The position numbers and the translations under genes were made by a program. The notes under the pieces are model-generated. The model saw only the letters and a program-made list of their open reading frames with translations. It was not told the origin of the DNA and made no database searches. Positions 57,501 to 64,000 of a DNA stretch of 64,000 nucleotides are shown in pieces. The stretch spans positions 558,001 to 622,000 of the forward strand of contig JAQGDQ010000008.1 of NCBI GenBank assembly GCA_030141605.1. Direction: 5' to 3'. Within the stretch, counting starts at the first letter, position 1. Every line of letters begins with the position of its first letter. Source of the stretch: Tubiluchus corallicola (Eukaryota; Animalia; Priapulida).

Positions 57501-60500
57501 TGAGAACAGAACATTAAGAAACGCATGGGAAGTTTAGGGTTCCGACATTTTATTGTAAATGTATATATACATTTTAGAAAACGTAACTAGATGAGATAAT
57601 GACAAAACACAGCATGAGAACCACAAAAGATATATGTAGTGCTATTAAATGGAGTGAAAAGTGTAATTCTATTTCAAGGATGTTTAGTTAGTTTCTTATT
57701 AAACTTTTGCACTATGCATGGACAAGGACAAGAATGGTACGCTTTTTACTCATGAAACCTCCAAGTTAGTCCTTCCTCATCAATGTGCAATGCAATTTGT
57801 TGCAACCAGTCTATCAAGTATCTGCTCAATTATAAAAGAACAATACAACTTTGATCAGTAGGACCAATTCATACCATCATCAAAAAAAAAGCACAAGGAA
57901 TAAAAACTGGTAAAAAAATTAGAACTTTAAATCATAAGTTCTTGCTGATAATAAAAATGTGATTTTATGAAACAGGATTAAGTCACATTTGCTTAAACCA
58001 TATTTTATGTGATATCGAAAAGACACTTAGCCAGCAGCTTTATTTTATATTTTATCATGTTTGTTTGTTTATCAGACGTCAGGCCACTCACAGATAGGGA
58101 CACACTGACTGGCAGCCAACCAACCAGTTTGTTCCAACCAAAGCCAGACAACCACCATTGCTAGGTGGCCTACATGCATGCTAAAGCTTAACTGAAGCAA
58201 CTGAAAGTGGAGCTATGCGAGCTCGGTGTTTGAGAATGTTTAGTGTTTGCATCCGCAATTTTTCCATGTCAAGTAGTTTCAATTGTCATTTTTGTATTTC
58301 AAATTATTCTCTTATTTAGATATCCACTGCACTTATACAGTTCTTGGAACAGTACTAGCACCGCTCTCTTTACCGCTAAGATCGATAAAGTTTGGAAAAC
58401 TTTGGCTAATATTCATTCTCCAGGAACGTGGTCCCGATCACAGGAACAATATCTACTGCCAATCATTTTTGTTTGTTTTTTTAATCACATGGCCCTGGAA
58501 GAATTTTCTGGGGCCATTACTTTATTTGAGCAACCTGCCTCAGGCTGAGTGCTAGTGCCTCTCATGTTCTAGTTTTAATTTTAAATACAAAATAGCAATT
58601 ATGTACTTCCTTTAAAATGGTACCTTCCTCGTGTTTAACACAAAATTAAAATGTATAATTAACGCGTTAAAAATTGTTAGGTATGTGTCACCACGCCTTT
58701 TTATTGTGCTTGCTCCCCCTATCTTTAGAACACAGCTACACCCCTGGTTCTGCTTTTTATAATATTTGAGGTTTTGCAGATTAGTAAAATGCTATTTAAA
58801 CTGATAAAAATAATTGCCTGCTAATAAATACAATAATATTAACAGCATTAATGTTGCTTAATGTCTTGTCTTCAAGCTCATTCTTCATATAGCAACTTCA
58901 TTTAGAACAATGAATTAACAACTAGGGCCGTCTTAGCACATGGGCACACTAACCAATTGTTCTGTGTGGGTACACCGTTGCCCCAGTGCTTTGCCGGGGG
59001 CCTATAACACTATTAAGATGGGTCTGTTGACAACATAATTATGGCAACTACAATCCAATTAAAGTGATATGGTTCATACATTACAACCCCATTTATCAAT
59101 CTTTCTAATTTTCAATATGACAGATCTTCAGTAATATAATCATTTAAAGCAATACCTGAAATTTCTTGTTAGCTTCCTCTGGAAAACAGCCGGGAATAAC
59201 AGGAGTAAATAAATCATGTCTTGAAGTCCTCTGTACAAAAAATAAACAAAACTTAGATATAATTATAGGCACACAGACTTAAACCACTTTTTGTCTTTTT
59301 ACAACTGTTTCCAATTTCCCTGATTTTAGCCCCATTTTTATCATTTTCCCTGACTTTTTAATGTCTTTCCAACAAATTATCTTTTTCCCTGACTTTTCCA
59401 TGACTTTCCAGGATAGCCTGTATTTTCAAGGATTTTCCCTGCCTGTGGGAACCCTGTAAATGGATGACTCGTTCCCAAAAACCTTTCACAATGGTCTGCA
59501 TTGTGCAAATACAAAAGAAATTTTACCTGATACATAATTTTGTATCGATCGATAAAAATGTCGGCTTTGTCTTTTGCAGGACCGTGTAGACAAACGTCCG
59601 GGGAATTTAATACTTCATTCCTGAAAAAGCCAGTTAGTTTTCTTTTATCACAGCAAATCAAAACATATATTTGCATTGACCATATCCTGGAAAGCAAAAT
59701 TTTTTCTTTTTCATTATGAATGTTTTCGAATATTAGCAAAAATGATAAACCCATCTTACGGTAAAAATTTCTTTCTATCCTGGACGTACGTAAACCGTGG
59801 AATTGCAAATGCATCTATAATTGTCAAAATCTGTTCCCTGAAACATGAAATTAACATTAATAATTTACAAGTCATAAAATGCACATGCAAAATTCAATGG
59901 ATTGTGGGTGTATTTGGTTTTTCATTCATAAAAAAAACTACATATAACAACAAAATTTGTACTATTGGTGGTAAAAAATTTCTTACCCTTTATCATCTTC
60001 AGAATGACTACACTCCTGCACTGCAGCAGCTACAGTAGCCTTGTCAATTACAGATGAACTCACTGCAATTAAAAAATTTAATACGAAAGGTCATGCTAAA
60101 GTTGTTACAGTTAACAATTTAGCCACCAAATCAATACAGGAAGCACTGAATTGACTTGTTCTAAAAGCTAACCAGGAAAAAACTAATCAAATGCAATACC
60201 ATATAAAGTGCGGTCCTTACTCTCTCAAAAAGATAAACAGTCATAATTAGTATAAGTATGATCCCAAAGCAAGATATGAACCTAGCTGTCATCCATGCGC
60301 TAATCAGCCTTGGCGTTGCTTAACTTCAGTTGCTAAGCACATATTGCAACCACTCAAACCATTCCCCCCTAAGGATAACCTTGCACATCGGTAATGTGAT
60401 GCAAAATAAACCAAAGTATTACTATTATAAAACAGCTTTCACTGCACATAAATATTTTAATGAATTAAAGTACGAACGTGGTTGTTTCTGCACAGCTTCC

Positions 60501-61494
60501 AGTATCCTGTCCAACCAATCTTCTCTGGAAACCTCACTCACAGGAAGCAGTATGTCAACCAGGTACTTCGAAGCCTCACTGGAAAATACAAAATATCTGT
60601 TCAGCAACTTAATGAAAATTGGTGAAACACAGCCGCCAGGGGGCACCAGTAGAAAGTAGGCTTTTCTTTTCTGTAAAAAAAACTGTCTCTTTGAACAGGA
60701 AATGTGGTAAGATTGGCTACAAAGATTAAAAGGCTAAAACTATTTAAAACAATCGAATGGAATACTAGTATGCCATACTGGCACTAAATATTTACCAATA
60801 TTTAAATTAAAAATAAACATTTTACTATTAAGTTATAGTGTCGCATAGTGGAAACTGACGAAAAACTCGTTGCAATACACACTTCCCTTTGACCTGTTAT
60901 ACACTAGGGTAATGGGAGCCTGTTATACTGCCATCACTACACAGGGACTGCCATAAGGAGCTCTGCATTCTTATTAGCCAAGTTGATTACTTAGTAATGT
61001 GTCACCTTTTGATGAAAATTTATCATGCAAAAAGTCTAGTATGAAAATTAAACTACATCACTACATGAAAACAATAAACTGTACAGCACATTTGCCACTG
61101 GTCAGAACCACAGCCAAGAATCGGCTTCAGAGTTGAAATCGAACATTCGGTAAAGCATAAATGTAAAACAATCAATGAAAATGCAGTCTGCGCAATTTTA
61201 GCTAGACATCTTACATGTAAAAAAGATCCAGGATTACAGAAACAAAAACATTAAAAGCACTAGAGTTACATTACCTTTATTTGTTATGGCATTTCCAGGG
61301 ACAATCAAATTTACTTCAAATTACACCCTTAATAATTGTTTTAAAAACAGTAAGTTATAAAAGCTCTTACTTGTGTGCAACTTGTAAACACAAAAAAAAC
61401 TACTTAAGGGACAAGGAGGTTCATACCTTCGAAGTGTATAGCCATGCATTTTAAAAGCCGACACGATAATGCTTTTCACGCTCACTGCTGTCAT
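48473..61494 (-). CDS. POLE2: DNA polymerase epsilon subunit 2 (POLE2/Dpb2), 14 coding exons, 526 aa
   Basis: Exons 61494-61427, 60578-60478, 60062-59987, 59837-59760, 59620-59527, 59230-59156, 54510-54427, 53435-53257, 52950-52809, 51902-51782, 51634-51520, 50620-50434, 49645-49469 and 48556-48473 total 1581 nt in frame, all GT-AG. Motifs: [109 protein letters not shown]. Confidence 0.97.
49469..49645 (-). CDS. POLE2: POLE2 exon 13
   Basis: [21 protein letters not shown]|gtaagt. Confidence 0.95.
50434..50620 (-). CDS. POLE2: POLE2 exon 12
   Basis: [30 protein letters not shown]|gtaagt. Confidence 0.95.
50766..51006. repeat. Long inverted repeat: 114-bp arms, 13-nt loop
   Basis: 50766-50879 is the reverse complement of 50893-51006 with 2 mismatches. 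Confidence 0.95.
51520..51634 (-). CDS. POLE2: POLE2 exon 11
   Basis: [39 protein letters not shown]|gtgact. Confidence 0.95.
51782..51902 (-). CDS. POLE2: POLE2 exon 10
   Basis: [29 protein letters not shown]|gtgaga. Confidence 0.95.
52809..52950 (-). CDS. POLE2: POLE2 exon 9
   Basis: [26 protein letters not shown]|gtaact. Confidence 0.95.
53257..53435 (-). CDS. POLE2: POLE2 exon 8
   Basis: [52 protein letters not shown]..|gtgtct. Confidence 0.95.
54427..54510 (-). CDS. POLE2: POLE2 exon 7
   Basis: [28 protein letters not shown]|gtcagt. Confidence 0.95.
55087..56369 (+). mobile_element. Old Tigger/pogo-type DNA transposon remnant
   Basis: TA|CAGTATACTAACCACTTATAGCGA ... TCGTTATAAGCGGATTATACTG|TA imperfect TIRs with TA flanks. 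A vestige of an RALSIE HTH-psq start lies near 55240. Confidence 0.65.
56500..56899. repeat. 25-bp minisatellite, 16 full units
   Basis: Unit gagaat(g/c)gaag(c/t)aacc(g/c)ctcccc(c/a)t in exact 25-bp register. Confidence 0.97.
58923..59026. mobile_element. Short hAT-type MITE with 8-bp TSD
   Basis: ttaacaac|TAGGGCCGTCTTA...TAAGATGGGTCTG|ttgacaac (7/8 TSD match, degenerate TIR). Confidence 0.65.
59156..59230 (-). CDS. POLE2: POLE2 exon 6
   Basis: [25 protein letters not shown]|gtattg. Confidence 0.95.
59527..59620 (-). CDS. POLE2: POLE2 exon 5
   Basis: [31 protein letters not shown]|gtaaaa. Confidence 0.95.
59760..59837 (-). CDS. POLE2: POLE2 exon 4
   Basis: [25 protein letters not shown]|gtaaga. 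Confidence 0.95.
59987..60062 (-). CDS. POLE2: POLE2 exon 3
   Basis: [25 protein letters not shown]|gtaaga. Confidence 0.9.
60478..60578 (-). CDS. POLE2: POLE2 exon 2
   Basis: [33 protein letters not shown]|gttcgt. Confidence 0.9.
61427..61494 (-). CDS. POLE2: POLE2 exon 1
   Basis: aaa[25 protein letters not shown]|gtatga; resembles the Dpoe2NT motif SAFKL.GL.LR. Confidence 0.9.
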
Positions 61495-64000
61495 TTTACA
61501 GGCCGCGTGTCTCTGTTGCAGCCAAATTTTCAATATGGCCAAATGGGCAAAACTGGAAAATAGCTGTAATAACAAAACAATTTAACAAAACTTGAGTAAA
61601 ATGTAGATTAAACATTCACAACGATAAGTATAAAATTATTGCAAAAAACTACTATACACATAAAAGCACCATAACAGGAATCTAGTAATGGGAGCCTGCT
61701 CTGAATGGCTTACATTCAGAAATAATCCCTCTTAATAAAAGCTTATAATATGTTTTGTAGAACATAAATCTAACTGTCTGTAAAATCAATTTTGATCGTA
61801 TCTGGATATATTTATACATACATTTATATATATTTATATATACATAAGATTCCAGGCTACAACTCCAACGACTGCACCATTCTTGGCGATCTGCATATCA
61901 AATTTAAGGTCTCAATCTGGTCCTTTACCATTGGGGGTTTATTTTTCGAATCAGGCCCACCAGGAGGAACAGTCGCTGTTTCCCCTACGGGCATTTTCAG
62001 TGTCCCAAGCTGGCAGATGGCCTTGAGAAAGTCACCAATAGTGTAATGGTGGTTGCAGCAGATATTATGGTGTAAGAATTAATTCATGGAATGCATTCTT
62101 GGAATTTGGGTGATGGCAATTAAAGCGTGCATTATGCTACAGAATCAAATTATCACATTACAGTTACCAATTGCTGTTAAAACAGCGTTGAATGCATTTT
62201 TAATGTTAAGCTCAAATAACTATTTTTTGTGCTTGAATATTTCAATCCACTACATGCGAATGACGAAAAAAAATTTAGTAACAAGGCACAGTGTGCGAAA
62301 GCTTTAGCATGACGTCACTGGTATCTCACACCCTGTTGGTTTATCATTGCAGCCATGACTCAACCATGGCTAAATTTATTGCTTTTTAAATTTCTGACTG
62401 TCAAGGCTGGCTTGTGTCACTCAAAACAGCGAATATTTTTACGTTTTCCAAATGCTAAAATTGTAAAAGGACAGTTGATACATAGATGCGACTGACGAGA
62501 AAAAACTGTATACAGGGCAGAATGATGGCGTTTGCTGGCTTTGGCCATTGATGGTCTTTATACGCTATCTGTTAAATGAGTGATGGAAAATAAACATTGT
62601 CTTTTGACTTTAACATTATCAAGACTATTTAATGACTTTTCACACTCTCTCTCAATGTTTTTAATAATTATGTTGATTGAACAACTCAAGTAATGACAGA
62701 TATTCATATTCATAATGACAGACTTGCGCTTAGTTAAAGATTCTGTTGTTCAATTTCGCTGTCTTATAGCTTGTTACCAGTGGCCATAAAGTAAGTTTGT
62801 GAAACCTTCATTTCCAACCAGGAATATGCTACATAACTGAGTGAGGTTTCAGACAAACACTAAAATTTAGCCCGAATGATTAATATTACCTTAGTTACTG
62901 CACAAGTATTAACCAAGAAAGTTGTGGCTGGCAGCTAATTACACTATCATAATAACATTTACTTTAAATCATAGACTTGATTTGCGAGAGTACTCCTCAC
63001 CATTATATTGTTCATACAACTCAATGCAATACCATACAAGGCTTGACTTATCATTTCTATACAGCTACAGATTAATAAGTAAATTGATTAACTCCTACTT
63101 GATGCATCCCAAGTTTAGCTTTCACAGACTGTGATACTTAGTCTGGTGTAAATTCAGCATTTTAGTTATATTTTACCGCATACGTGCGAGTATTGTTGAA
63201 TGTGCTAGAGGTACTAGGGATGTCATGCCGAAATTAATAAAGGTTATTTGTGCTTGTACAAAACTTTTTTGTCACTTTTTAAATACAACATGGTTATCAG
63301 TAATGTCTAAACTACATTTTAACACCCAATTATATTTTGCATTCAGTGCTGCTTTAAGTATAAAACAGCACACTACTCTAACGCCGCAGAAAAAATGTGG
63401 CTAACAACAGTAGCACCGTTATTACCACTTCGCTATTATCCAACACACAATCCAATGACCTACATATGGAAAATACATTTTGATGCCCAGGCAAGCAACT
63501 AACATATAAGTAACAATGATATAATCGTTTTGGCTTTCAGATCGATTTTAAACATTCAGCACATTTTGTGTAAATTATGGTCTAAGACAAATTTTGCGAA
63601 TCGAATTAAAACAAATGTCACTGACACAAAGCAAATACCTAATGTTTAATTATTGCCATGATATTAGATATAGAAAACTGTAGTTGTTGTGAAACACCTT
63701 TCTTGAAATAAGATTTTGTAATTTACAATTCAAAAAGTTCACCAAAATTTAAAATTTCGTATGATAAAAAAGTATAAACTGCAAAAGTTCAAATGACTAT
63801 GATTTATAGTTGCAAACGTCCTTTTCGTTTCTTCTTTATCGGCATAATTACGTGAAGCATATCTAGGCTAGACTTTGACAGCATAATTACACTGACCTGA
63901 CATTTACTCACGCACACATTAACGCCAACCAAAAATTAATGGAAACACTGACGCAACTAATAACATACGCGCGCATATAACACTATAATATACTCAAAAC

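Overview
This is AT-rich, intron-rich eukaryotic DNA, most likely from an invertebrate animal, so most ORFs in the supplied track are spurious or are single exons. I reconstructed four spliced genes by hand from splice sites with consistent phase. (1) The first coding exon of RCC1L/WBSCR16 (minus strand; the gene continues off the left edge). (2) A complete 8-exon OCIAD1/asrij-like gene (plus strand, about 280 aa, probably with one GC-AG intron). (3) A complete 13-coding-exon SLC6 glycine-transporter-like gene (minus strand, 665 aa). (4) A complete 14-exon POLE2 gene (minus strand, 526 aa). Introns and spacers are full of decayed transposons: CR1-like and RTE-X-like LINEs, Tigger/pogo and hAT MITEs, a Helentron-type non-autonomous element, and a SINE family with a 5S rRNA-like segment. 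The most unusual structures are a 114-bp near-perfect hairpin in a POLE2 intron, a 436-bp local templated insertion flanked by a 38-bp duplication, a Tigger-type element carrying a Gypsy LTR-PBS-gag fragment, a 93-bp tandem array derived from a SINE body, and a 25-bp G-rich minisatellite with 75-bp higher-order structure. I found no CRISPR array and no convincing novel multi-gene system. All identifications come from motif recognition without database searches.
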